Origin: an uncultured Streptococcus sp.
GTDB taxonomy: Bacteria; Bacillota; Bacilli; Lactobacillales; Aerococcaceae
Direction: 5' to 3'
Assembly (NCBI GenBank): GCA_963526005.1
Contig: CAURMP010000001.1
Coordinates: 1-57,216 of the forward strand
DNA length: 57,216 bases
The notes below the pieces were generated by a model. The model had not been told where the DNA came from, did no database searches, and saw nothing but the letters and a program-made list of their open reading frames with translations. Positions 19,637 through 27,182 of this stretch are shown here, piece after piece (positions within the stretch are counted from its first letter, which is position 1; each line of letters opens with the position of its first letter). The translations under genes and the position numbers were made by a program.

Positions 19637-20299
19637 TCACACCTCCACAGGCATAGGGAATTGGATTTTAAATCCTCCGCCACGGGCCGCCACAATACGT
19701 GCTCCTGCTAATCCTTGACCGCCATTCGCAATGGTCCAACCATAAGCTTGGTCTGTAAATTTAGATGGTTGATCTGAGAGTTCATAGAAATCCCCAACGG
19801 TCACCACACCATATGTTTCCAAATTAGCCAAGAGAATGTTGAATACTTCTTGTGCGTCTTGACGCGTCTCGAATACAATTTCTTCTACGAAATTTGATGC
19901 CGTGCGGCTACGCTTCGCATAAGATTGCGTATAATCTTTTTGTCCTCCGCCTCTCCATGAGTCTATACGAGTGACATTGTTTGGCGTGCGTCCCCAGTAG
20001 TTCCCAGGATTCCGTCTGTGAATATAATCATTCCCAAAGATGGCACGCTGCACAGCAGATATTGCTACATCAGCTACAGTATTCTGAATACTAGGTACAA
20101 TAACCTCCGTAAACATATGAGTAGCCATACCACGAAACCCTTCTTCGCCGAAAAATACATTGCTCATCCATTTACCAACACCAGGTTTTCGAACCTTACC
20201 TTTGGCTACTGGCTGAATATGTTTCTCTAGAGCTTCTCCAGCATCATCCAAATCCACTCGTTTCTGTTGTACTACTTTATTGTAGTCAGTCTTTGTCAT
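19637..20299 (-). CDS. Conserved hypothetical protein of this phage group
   Basis: EIVFETRQDAQEV...YGVVTVGDFYEL...TDQAYGW motif. Confidence 0.8.
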   Translation of the reverse strand: MTKTDYNKVVQQKRVDLDDAGEALEKHIQPVAKGKVRKPGVGKWMSNVFFGEEGFRGMATHMFTEVIVPSIQNTVADVAISAVQRAIFGNDYIHRRNPGNYWGRTPNNVTRIDSWRGGGQKDYTQSYAKRSRTASNFVEEIVFETRQDAQEVFNILLANLETYGVVTVGDFYELSDQPSKFTDQAYGWTIANGGQGLAGARIVAARGGGFKIQFPMPVEV

Positions 20300-20544
20300 A
20301 TTTTCCTACTTTCTATCGTTGCGGACCAGCTTGCATCTACTGGATCCATTCTCTTACTTACTCCGGTTAAGGCGTAGTATTTCTCGCCTCGATATATCAT
20401 CAAATCACGATATACATTTAATTCAGTTGCTAAGTCCGCTAGAGTCACATCTCGTGCTCCATCCAAAGGAATAATAAAGGTGTATGACCCCATTTGATTA
20501 TTCATAACGCGGACAGCTCCATAATCTTCAAGCATTACTGCCAT
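20296..20544 (-). CDS. Hypothetical protein
   Basis: 82 aa; ATGA overlap with the downstream gene. Confidence 0.65.
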   Translation of the reverse strand: MAVMLEDYGAVRVMNNQMGSYTFIIPLDGARDVTLADLATELNVYRDLMIYRGEKYYALTGVSKRMDPVDASWSATIESRKI

Positions 20545-20546
20545 AA

Positions 20547-20741
20547 TTATTCGTCGCTAGTCTTTTTGTTTTCGCCTGTTGTATAACCCCACACATAATG
20601 TGCGATCCCTACGATACCTCCTGTCAAAAATCCTGACACTCTCACATCTAATCCAAAGAAAAATACCATGGCCGTATAGCACATAGCATAGATTAGTCCT
20701 CCTGATAATAACATCAACACAAAGCCAATTAACGTTTTCAC
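20547..20741 (-). CDS. Small membrane protein
   Basis: GTG start after GAAAGGAG; two hydrophobic helices. Confidence 0.7.
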   Translation of the reverse strand: MKTLIGFVLMLLSGGLIYAMCYTAMVFFFGLDVRVSGFLTGGIVGIAHYVWGYTTGENKKTSDE

Positions 20742-20762
20742 TAGCTTCTCCTTTCTAATTAC

Positions 20763-20796
20763 AAAAAAGAATACCGAGAGTAATTCTCAGTATTCT
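20763..20796 (-). terminator. Intrinsic terminator
   Basis: AGAATACTGAGA-ATTAC-TCTCGGTATTCT followed by TTTTT. Confidence 0.8.
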
Positions 20797-20806
20797 GGTG
20801 AAACGG

Positions 20807-21118
20807 TTATTCGTTAATTTCGAACTCTCCGTCAATCACTTCGCCTTCAACCTCTTTACGATTCTTTTGAATATAAGAATCAACAGCTTTATAGACTAGA
20901 ACTCCTCCGGTCGCGATTAATGCGACTTTACCAACCTGTTTGACGACTGGTCTCCAGATAGCAGCAGCTTCTGCGCATTTATCTAAAAATCCTTTATCGT
21001 TCTTGACAGTAACAGCATTGTCTACACTTTCTTGTGCTTCCGTTGCTAGTTCTTCTACAACCTGTTGTCCTTGTTCGACAACTTCCTCGATTTGGTTTGA
21101 AACGTTTTCCATTGACAT
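20807..21118 (-). CDS. Acidic protein with one TM helix (monocistronic cassette)
   Basis: Lies between promoter copy 2 and a terminator; AGGAGG SD. Confidence 0.8.
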   Translation of the reverse strand: MSMENVSNQIEEVVEQGQQVVEELATEAQESVDNAVTVKNDKGFLDKCAEAAAIWRPVVKQVGKVALIATGGVLVYKAVDSYIQKNRKEVEGEVIDGEFEINE

Positions 21119-21148
21119 AATATTGTCCTCCTTTTTCTTTTATCGTTT

Positions 21149-21173
21149 CATTATAGGCCATGCAATTTCTGCG
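21149..21173 (-). promoter_or_regulatory. Phage promoter-like motif, copy 2
   Basis: CGCAGAAATTGCATGGCCTATAATG. Confidence 0.8.
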
Positions 21174-21175
21174 AA

Positions 21176-21448
21176 TTACAGACCTTCTAGACAAGATTCT
21201 CTACTAGCAAATGGTTTCACTAGTACTAACCCTCGTTTCTTTCGTATCTTATTAATTTCTCTGTAATCTTCACTAATTCGATACTTCAACCATTTTTGTA
21301 AACTCATTCCATCCGCTCGGACTGTGAATGAATAATGGATAGGATTTGGAGCTGGGTGTTGTATATCATTAAAATAGACCCGCTCCATGCTATCGTATAA
21401 GGCATTAATATACGCCCTATCGCTATATGGTATGCTACTCATTGTCAT
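21176..21448 (-). CDS. Hypothetical protein
   Basis: 90 aa; ends just before promoter copy 2. Confidence 0.65.
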   Translation of the reverse strand: MTMSSIPYSDRAYINALYDSMERVYFNDIQHPAPNPIHYSFTVRADGMSLQKWLKYRISEDYREINKIRKKRGLVLVKPFASRESCLEGL

Positions 21449-21578
21449 CCCTTTCTAGATGAATGACATAATGAGTCTTTGGAATGGATACTTCCACTTC
21501 TTTATCACAAGAATGAAAAGCATTTGCTAACTCATTCATTTCATCATCCGACAGTCTCAAGTGAATATGGTGTTTCAT
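21435..21578 (-). CDS. Small hypothetical protein (47 aa)
   Basis: MKHHIHLRLSDDEMNELANAFHSCDKEVEVSIPKTHYVIHLERDDNE; AGGAG SD; ATGA overlap. Confidence 0.6.
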   Translation of the reverse strand: MKHHIHLRLSDDEMNELANAFHSCDKEVEVSIPKTHYVIHLERDDNE

Positions 21579-22090
21579 GTTAAATAATCTTCTCCTATAG
21601 TTTTTCTAAGCCAGGTGAGAGTATCCCACCCGTTTGCATCTACTCGGTCGTAGATTGTATCCAAAATATCTAAGAAATATCTGATCTTTTCAGGGGCAAC
21701 CTTATCATCTTCGTGATGATCAAAAGGTTCGAACCACAGGTTTTCGCCTATGACACTGAGTTGATCGTCATAATAAAAGCCTTCGGCAAGGCAACTGACT
21801 AACTCATCCACGATTTCTCTTGTGATATTCCACAAACAGAGTCGTGAATCGATCTTGATAGTCTCATCGGGCACCATTAGTAACCCGAAAATATACCGTC
21901 TATACTCCGTGTCTAATCTTCTACGACTCCAATTACGTATCAAACGCTCAATATACCAATCGTCTATGAAAAACATCTCTTGTAACGGTAGGTTTTTAAC
22001 GTTAGCTACCACCGTATCATAGAAATCACCTTTAGACAATATGAGGGTATATTGTCCTGTAGAGTTCATCGGTTCAGCCTCCATGCTCAT
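21575..22090 (-). CDS. Hypothetical protein (paralog of 22074-22577)
   Basis: 171 aa; N-terminal similarity to its neighbour. Confidence 0.75.
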   Translation of the reverse strand: MSMEAEPMNSTGQYTLILSKGDFYDTVVANVKNLPLQEMFFIDDWYIERLIRNWSRRRLDTEYRRYIFGLLMVPDETIKIDSRLCLWNITREIVDELVSCLAEGFYYDDQLSVIGENLWFEPFDHHEDDKVAPEKIRYFLDILDTIYDRVDANGWDTLTWLRKTIGEDYLT

Positions 22091-22577
22091 TGTATTCTTC
22101 TACGACTTTGTCGTAATATGCTCCAAACTCATCCTTCAATTCTTTAGCGCTCATATACGCTCTCTTATTATCGGGATTAGTCTCGATACGATCTGCGGTC
22201 TCGCTAATCAATTCGTATAATAATTTGTAGTTCTCATGATCTACATCATGATTACCAAATACAGTTTTGTAATAAGATGTCTCCAACATCGATAATAGAA
22301 TATTGTTTACAATCTTACGAGCGATTCTAAAGTAATATAAATCCATATCCAAAATATGCATCTCTTCTGGTAGAGTCATAATGAAATGGAAATATTGTTT
22401 GTAATCTACTTGCGCAGGACTAACACCTGTTTCGGGATCTGTGTCTGTCCACGCAGCGATATACTTGTCAATTTCTTTTTGTGGCATCAACAGAAAATCA
22501 TCTAACGGCATGGCTTTCACCATATTAATCACCGTTTGTTTGAATTCCGCAGATGTCTTAACAATTGGTCTAGTCAT
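22074..22577 (-). CDS. Hypothetical protein (paralog of 21575-22090)
   Basis: 167 aa; AGGAG SD. Confidence 0.75.
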   Translation of the reverse strand: MTRPIVKTSAEFKQTVINMVKAMPLDDFLLMPQKEIDKYIAAWTDTDPETGVSPAQVDYKQYFHFIMTLPEEMHILDMDLYYFRIARKIVNNILLSMLETSYYKTVFGNHDVDHENYKLLYELISETADRIETNPDNKRAYMSAKELKDEFGAYYDKVVEEYNEHGG

Positions 22578-22926
22578 TTTTTACTCCTGCGTATAAATCG
22601 TGATAGTGTTGTTCAATCATTTTGATTGTCGACATACGTTTAAATGTACCATAGCAATACATTTTGTATGTCCATTTACCATCATTAATATCATATGAAA
22701 GTTTATCCATACTCATAATCAAACAGCGCTCAGGTAATTTATACGCTAGAATATCTGGACCATCAAAAATGTTTTTTAGATCTAGAATAATTACATCCGA
22801 ATGCATTTGATGGAAATTGGTATATCCATCCATAGCTAGTTTCTGGTTATCCGTTGTGATACGGATACAAAATGATCTTGGTGATTTGAATTTGTCTACT
22901 GACACTCTGTAAAATGGTTCTGCCAT
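22570..22926 (-). CDS. Hypothetical protein (paralog of 22926-23267)
   Basis: 118 aa; YKMYCYG motif. Confidence 0.7.
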   Translation of the reverse strand: MAEPFYRVSVDKFKSPRSFCIRITTDNQKLAMDGYTNFHQMHSDVIILDLKNIFDGPDILAYKLPERCLIMSMDKLSYDINDGKWTYKMYCYGTFKRMSTIKMIEQHYHDLYAGVKND

Positions 22927-23267
22927 TATCTTCTACCCCCGTAAAATTTTTCAAAAAATAGTTTAAGTACGTCCATTTTTGAATCTAATTCATTATTTCC
23001 ACAACAATATAGTTTATAGTAATATGTGTTTTTAGAGTCATCCAAAACAATTGGATCAATATCTATAATGATGAATTTATCAGGATATACCTCTATTTCT
23101 TCTAAAAATTTTTTAGTTTCTAAAAATTCAACATTATCTCTAATACATTTATTGTTCTTAAATGAATCCTTTAGTATTTTTAAATCGTCGTTTTCTATTC
23201 TCAATACAAAAGCATTTTCGTCATTTGGACTTACATGTCCTGTTACTTTACACAATGAGTTTATCAT
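22926..23267 (-). CDS. Hypothetical protein (paralog of 22570-22926)
   Basis: Start MINSLC at 23267 after GGAGG; YKLYCCG motif. Confidence 0.7.
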   Translation of the reverse strand: MINSLCKVTGHVSPNDENAFVLRIENDDLKILKDSFKNNKCIRDNVEFLETKKFLEEIEVYPDKFIIIDIDPIVLDDSKNTYYYKLYCCGNNELDSKMDVLKLFFEKFYGGRR

Positions 23268-23279
23268 TATCTTACCTCC

Positions 23280-23309
23280 AAAAAAAAGAAAGGGATGCGT
23301 AATCCCTTT
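23280..23309 (-). terminator. Intrinsic terminator overlapping the stop of 23308-23598
   Basis: AAAGGGAT-TACGC-ATCCCTTT followed by CTTTTTTTT. Confidence 0.8.
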
Positions 23310-23598
23310 ACTTAAATAGTTTTGATCCAATTGTACTCCATAGTTTGGAACCAATAATATTGAATTCCTCGAATTTCAGAACAGCACTTGCTCCGAGAAT
23401 ATCCACTACAGTCTTGAATAATTGTTCTGGGGTTACCTGATTCTTATACTGTTCATTCTTAACAGCAATAAGTTTCGCTAACTTCAGATTTAAATCCTGG
23501 ACTTCAGCGTTATCCTCCGATAGTGCTATCTGAATTTTCAAATTCTCAATTTGATAATCCAATCCATCATACAATACTAACATAGCTAATTTATGCAT
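23308..23598 (-). CDS. Hypothetical protein (monocistronic cassette)
   Basis: 96 aa between promoter copy 3 and a terminator. Confidence 0.8.
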   Translation of the reverse strand: MHKLAMLVLYDGLDYQIENLKIQIALSEDNAEVQDLNLKLAKLIAVKNEQYKNQVTPEQLFKTVVDILGASAVLKFEEFNIIGSKLWSTIGSKLFK

Positions 23599-23614
23599 AG
23601 TTTTACCTTCCTTT

Positions 23615-23639
23615 CATTATAGCATAGGGAAATCCTGCG
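23615..23639 (-). promoter_or_regulatory. Phage promoter-like motif, copy 3
   Basis: CGCAGGATTTCCCTATGCTATAATG. Confidence 0.8.
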
Positions 23640-23952
23640 GTCTAGGTACTTCTATCTGTTCGAGCGTTATGACAGTAAAACATTTATATACAGAATCTCT
23701 ATATAATTCTTTAGAAATACGTGTCAATTTATATGGTCGTCCACATAATTCTGCAAATATGATCGAATTTGAATTGTAATATTCATTTTCTAACAAATCT
23801 GAATGTAATGCCTCAATTACCTTCATATGTGAAGGTAAATACGGTTTAATTCTTAGATGGTCTCCCCGGTGTTCCACGTCTTCACAAGTATAATGTGATA
23901 TTGGAATAGAATATACTTTGTCATGATATTTAATAATCAGTCTACTAATCAT
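23617..23952 (-). CDS. Hypothetical protein (paralog of 23962-24267)
   Basis: MISRLIIKYHDKVYS; stop codon lies inside promoter copy 3. Confidence 0.7.
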   Translation of the reverse strand: MISRLIIKYHDKVYSIPISHYTCEDVEHRGDHLRIKPYLPSHMKVIEALHSDLLENEYYNSNSIIFAELCGRPYKLTRISKELYRDSVYKCFTVITLEQIEVPRPQDFPML

Positions 23953-23961
23953 ACTATCACC

Positions 23962-24267
23962 TCAAGATGGACAAACCATTTTTAGAACTAGATTCACACT
24001 ATCGTATTGTATACTATTGATTACAAAACTATAAACAGATATCCCATTTAAAGATAAAATTGTGGTAGATGGTTTAATCATTTTGAATGTTTTGTTTGAC
24101 TTTATAACTATATCATTAATAAAATCTTTATTATACGGAATCACGACTGCTAATTTGTTAACTATACCATCATTTGAACAATATGGTCTCTCTGTTTCAT
24201 CTAACAATAATGGATCTAGAAAAGAATATACCTTATCATTAACGTTTATAATAACACGGTCAATCAT
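23962..24267 (-). CDS. Hypothetical protein (paralog of 23617-23952)
   Basis: MIDRVIINVNDKVYS; GAGGTG SD. Confidence 0.7.
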   Translation of the reverse strand: MIDRVIINVNDKVYSFLDPLLLDETERPYCSNDGIVNKLAVVIPYNKDFINDIVIKSNKTFKMIKPSTTILSLNGISVYSFVINSIQYDSVNLVLKMVCPS

Positions 24268-24550
24268 CTAATTCACCTCTAAGAATATCATTCTGTTCCT
24301 TAAGAAATAGAGATTCACCTAACTTACCTTCTTCCGCAATCGCAGCATTTAACTCTCGATTCATACGAGAGTTACGACGATTTAGAAACAAATATGCAAT
24401 AGCTGTTAGAATACCTGTTCCGGCCATCATAACCGCGTTTGCGATTTCTTGACCTGCTTCTCCATCTCGTAAACCACGATAATATGCTTCTTGCATATCT
24501 TTATCTTCAAATTCCACTTTCTCAATCTCAAATAAATTCTTAAACATCAC
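24260..24550 (-). CDS. Single-TM hypothetical protein
   Basis: AVMMAGTGILTAIAYLFL hydrophobic segment. Confidence 0.7.
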   Translation of the reverse strand: MMFKNLFEIEKVEFEDKDMQEAYYRGLRDGEAGQEIANAVMMAGTGILTAIAYLFLNRRNSRMNRELNAAIAEEGKLGESLFLKEQNDILRGELDD

Positions 24551-24896
24551 TTAGCTCCTTCTTAAATTCCACTTCTTGTAGGGTCTTGTCTAGTATTTTT
24601 AATATAAAAACTAGATATGAAATATCTCGATAAGGGATCCATCCCTCTTCCATAGCCATTATAGTATCTAACATATGTTCCATCGCATATCCCAATTCGA
24701 CAATAGATAATTCCAGAGATAACATCTTTACTTTATGCACTTTGTCTTCTGCCATTTTTAATTTTGAAATATCTTCTTTTAAAATAGGAATACTTTCTTT
24801 AATATCCTTTTGTAAACGTCGATTAAAAAATAACCATGTAATCCATACAGGTCTATTCTTCAGTTTGTTGCTGTTCAGTATATACATTTTCATCAT
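24540..24896 (-). CDS. Hypothetical protein
   Basis: 118 aa; overlaps both neighbours. Confidence 0.6.
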   Translation of the reverse strand: MMKMYILNSNKLKNRPVWITWLFFNRRLQKDIKESIPILKEDISKLKMAEDKVHKVKMLSLELSIVELGYAMEHMLDTIMAMEEGWIPYRDISYLVFILKILDKTLQEVEFKKELSDV

Positions 24897-25155
24897 CCAA
24901 TCTAAATAATTTATCTAACTCTGGGTCATTTTGCATAGTAATATCTAGCGCAATTTGACCACTTCTTTTAACACGTTTAACGCCTTTTGATAATACAAAC
25001 ATTCCTAATGCCGCACTTCCAAAATAGAAAGCCCATTTGGTGAGATTTTGTTCCCAACCTTTAAGAACTTCAAGTCCTTGCAGTTCTTTTTCATAATTTG
25101 TTCGAATATAGTTTTCTGTTTCTTTACTCATTTCTTTAATTTGAATTCTATGCAT
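24853..25155 (-). CDS. Single-TM hypothetical protein
   Basis: WAFYFGSAALGMFVL segment; GAAAGG SD. Confidence 0.7.
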   Translation of the reverse strand: MHRIQIKEMSKETENYIRTNYEKELQGLEVLKGWEQNLTKWAFYFGSAALGMFVLSKGVKRVKRSGQIALDITMQNDPELDKLFRLDDENVYTEQQQTEE

Positions 25156-25185
25156 AATCTTACTTACCTTTCCAGTATATTTAAC

Positions 25186-25214
25186 AAAAAGAAAGGAGAA
25201 TATTATTCTCCTTT
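25186..25214 (-). terminator. Intrinsic terminator
   Basis: AAAGGAGAAT-AAT-ATTCTCCTTT followed by CTTTTT. Confidence 0.8.
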
Positions 25215-25302
25215 AAAGTCCCAATAGTTTCAAGAATGCTGTAATTAGTTTAAATCCTACAACCAATTTAACAACCTTAAATAATTCGGCTAAAAGTTTC
25301 AT
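25213..25302 (-). CDS. 29-aa cationic amphipathic peptide
   Basis: MKLLAELFKVVKLVVGFKLITAFLKLLGL; GAAAGGAG SD; stop overlaps the terminator. Confidence 0.7.
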   Translation of the reverse strand: MKLLAELFKVVKLVVGFKLITAFLKLLGL

Positions 25303-25315
25303 TTTATTCTCCTTT

Positions 25316-25495
25316 CTAAAATCCTTCATTACGAAGTTTTACTAAAACCTTCTGTAAAGTTTCTAGTCGTGCGTTGTGATAATGTTCATTATCAATATAT
25401 CCTTGTTTCTTAAGCTTTTCAATATGTGCTTCTTCCATAACAGCATATGCTGATAATAGTCTAAATCCAACTTCTCTAAATACTTTTCTGATCAT
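25316..25495 (-). CDS. Small hypothetical protein (59 aa)
   Basis: MIRKVFREVGFRLLSAYAVMEEAH...; AGGAGG SD directly after promoter copy 4. Confidence 0.75.
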   Translation of the reverse strand: MIRKVFREVGFRLLSAYAVMEEAHIEKLKKQGYIDNEHYHNARLETLQKVLVKLRNEGF

Positions 25496-25522
25496 TTTAG
25501 TGATCCTCCTATAATTTTATTT

Positions 25523-25547
25523 CATTATAGGGTGTGTAATTCCTGCG
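25523..25547 (-). promoter_or_regulatory. Phage promoter-like motif, copy 4
   Basis: CGCAGGAATTACACACCCTATAATG. Confidence 0.8.
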
Positions 25548-25872
25548 ACTTTACCAATTCTATTTTAAGAATATCCTCCTGGATTTGAACAATATCAAAT
25601 TTTGTTAAATCATTCCAAGAATTAAAGTAATTCACTAAATCTGTTCTTGTGTGAATCTCTGTTTCAGAATTTGAAAGAGTGTTGAATTCATCATTCTCAT
25701 CAAAACCCGCTAATGATGCTGTTGAAACACTATTTGCAACCTTGAATAGTACGTAGTATCCATTCTTTGGCAAGTAATATAACCAACAAATAACACCACC
25801 CACCTCTAGAACTTTAATTGGATTTTGTCTATCGATTTGCGTTGGTTTAGTATGAAATTTTACTTCTGACAT
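25525..25872 (-). CDS. Hypothetical protein
   Basis: 115 aa ending ...QELHTL* inside promoter copy 4. Confidence 0.75.
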   Translation of the reverse strand: MSEVKFHTKPTQIDRQNPIKVLEVGGVICWLYYLPKNGYYVLFKVANSVSTASLAGFDENDEFNTLSNSETEIHTRTDLVNYFNSWNDLTKFDIVQIQEDILKIELVKSQELHTL

Positions 25873-25884
25873 AATAAGTCCTTT

Positions 25885-26229
25885 CTAATATCCTTTAGAT
25901 AGTTTATCGAATGATTTTACAATTTTATCTAAACGTTCTTTTAAAATTTCAGGATTATATGCGCCATTCATCATATCTTGCATGGTAGCAGCACCGTGAG
26001 CATTGAAAAATGATTGAGTTGCATCATTAGCATCATTGGATGCTTCTTGTGTCTCAAATTTATGTACTCGCGGCAACGAAGAAAGAATTGTAACAATTAA
26101 TGCTCGATCCATAGGATCAGTTGTTCGTGTATAGTCATACATAATCGATTTAAGAAATGATAGTAATACCATATCAGCGCTACTGTAATTCGCCATTTCG
26201 GGACGAGTTACGAAATTAATAGGATTCAT
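25885..26229 (-). CDS. Hypothetical protein
   Basis: Start MNPINF at 26229 (ATGA overlap) with GGAGG SD. Confidence 0.75.
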   Translation of the reverse strand: MNPINFVTRPEMANYSSADMVLLSFLKSIMYDYTRTTDPMDRALIVTILSSLPRVHKFETQEASNDANDATQSFFNAHGAATMQDMMNGAYNPEILKERLDKIVKSFDKLSKGY

Positions 26230-26330
26230 TTTCTTTTCCTCCAATCTTTTAAATCCTTGTCTTCTTTGTATATTCGATACAAAGTAATGAAACTAATACC
26301 GATTGATATTAGTGATAAAAATAAAGCCAT
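26226..26330 (-). CDS. 34-aa membrane peptide (TM helix plus charged tail)
   Basis: MALFLSLISIGISFITLYRIYKEDKDLKDWRKRK; AAGGAGG SD. Confidence 0.7.
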   Translation of the reverse strand: MALFLSLISIGISFITLYRIYKEDKDLKDWRKRK

Positions 26331-26353
26331 AGTTTATACCTCCTTCTAATGAC

Positions 26354-26526
26354 TTACCAAAGCATACCATTGTTAAAAACTGACAATAAATGAGGCTTCC
26401 TCCTTAAATAATTATTTATGATATGCTTAGGAAAATCATTTGGCTTTATCTTATCGAAACATACCATCTAGTTTTAAATCAGTAAAAAGGTTTCCTCCTA
26501 TATATATTGATGATATGCTTTGGTAA
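26354..26526 (-). ncRNA. Candidate structured RNA: two tandem hairpins, each displaying AGGAGG in the loop
   Basis: Arms AAGCATATCAT/ATGGTATG(C/T)TT occur twice; mismatches resolve as G-U pairs only on the minus strand; the outer arms form a 17-bp inverted repeat. Confidence 0.55.
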
Positions 26527-26529
26527 AAC

Positions 26530-26567
26530 AAAAAAGAAAAGGACCGATTAATTCGATCCTATTTCTT
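26530..26567 (-). terminator. Intrinsic terminator
   Basis: AGGATCGA-ATTAA-TCGGTCCT followed by TTTCTTTTTT. Confidence 0.8.
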
Positions 26568-26738
26568 CATTATAAATCCTGCACCTATAGTCAACGCAAC
26601 TGCTCCCACAGTCACAGCAGTATTCACAACAGTTTGTCCAGCTCCTTTAGCGACTTGCATTGTAAAATCGTCGTCTTCAGTTACCTCCAATACTGTTCCT
26701 TCAAAACTGTAAAATGGGAATAATCCTTTGTTTAACAT
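26559..26738 (-). CDS. 59-aa membrane protein, paralog of 26949-27131
   Basis: MLNKGLFPFYSFEGTVLEVTEDDDFTMQVAKGAGQTVVNTAVTVGAVALTIGAGFIMKK; AGGAGG SD after promoter copy 5. Confidence 0.8.
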   Translation of the reverse strand: MLNKGLFPFYSFEGTVLEVTEDDDFTMQVAKGAGQTVVNTAVTVGAVALTIGAGFIMKK

Positions 26739-26761
26739 TTTAGTGTCCTCCTTTATTTATT

Positions 26762-26786
26762 CATTATAGGATGTGTAAATTATGCG
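26762..26786 (-). promoter_or_regulatory. Phage promoter-like motif, copy 5
   Basis: CGCATAATTTACACATCCTATAATG. Confidence 0.8.
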
Positions 26787-26791
26787 AAATC

Positions 26792-26824
26792 AAAAAAAGA
26801 AGAACCACATTAGTGATTCTATCT
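26792..26824 (-). terminator. Intrinsic terminator
   Basis: AGAATCAC-TAAT-GTGGTTCT followed by TCTTTTTTT. Confidence 0.75.
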
Positions 26825-26826
26825 GT

Positions 26827-26937
26827 TTATTCTATAAAGTCTTCCATCTCTGTAAATGCTTGTGTCCAATGTACGTATACACTGATAACACCAAATACAA
26901 TCAAGAATACTTTACCAATAAGCATCATGATTTCCAT
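26827..26937 (-). CDS. 36-aa membrane peptide
   Basis: MEIMMLIGKVFLIVFGVISVYVHWTQAFTEMEDFIE; AGGAG SD. Confidence 0.65.
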   Translation of the reverse strand: MEIMMLIGKVFLIVFGVISVYVHWTQAFTEMEDFIE

Positions 26938-26948
26938 AATTAGTTCTC

Positions 26949-27131
26949 CTATTTTTTCATAAATAATTTAGCATATCCACTTACGACAGCAATAGTTCCA
27001 ATCATTAGTGTACCATCGACGATCCCTTGTGCTAAAGATTTTGCAACAATACCTAAAGTACTATCACTATACTTCACCTCAAGTGGTGTGTCTTCATAGT
27101 TTACTAATCCAAAGATTCCTTTGTTGTTCAT
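26949..27131 (-). CDS. 60-aa membrane protein, paralog of 26559-26738
   Basis: MNNKGIFGLVNYEDTPLEV...VAKSLAQGIVDGTLMIGTIAVVSGYAKLFMKK; GGAGG SD after promoter copy 6. Confidence 0.8.
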   Translation of the reverse strand: MNNKGIFGLVNYEDTPLEVKYSDSTLGIVAKSLAQGIVDGTLMIGTIAVVSGYAKLFMKK

Positions 27132-27157
27132 GTTAGTGTCCTCCAATAATTTTATTT

Positions 27158-27182
27158 CATTATAGGATATGTAATTCCTGCG
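27158..27182 (-). promoter_or_regulatory. Phage promoter-like motif, copy 6
   Basis: CGCAGGAATTACATATCCTATAATG. Confidence 0.8.

Noticed and set aside
21427..21437. 10-11-nt match to a hairpin arm (AGCATACCAT) at the start of 21176-21448, as a possible antisense target
   Set aside because: A single short match that is compatible with chance.
26354..26526. Invertible DNA segment or MITE
   Set aside because: No recombinase or transposase in the genome and no target-site duplication; the strand-specific G-U pairing favours an RNA structure.
26568..26592. Possible ninth promoter copy (cattataaatcctgca)
   Set aside because: Spacing is wrong, there is no CGCA at the expected position, and it is coding sequence of 26559-26738.
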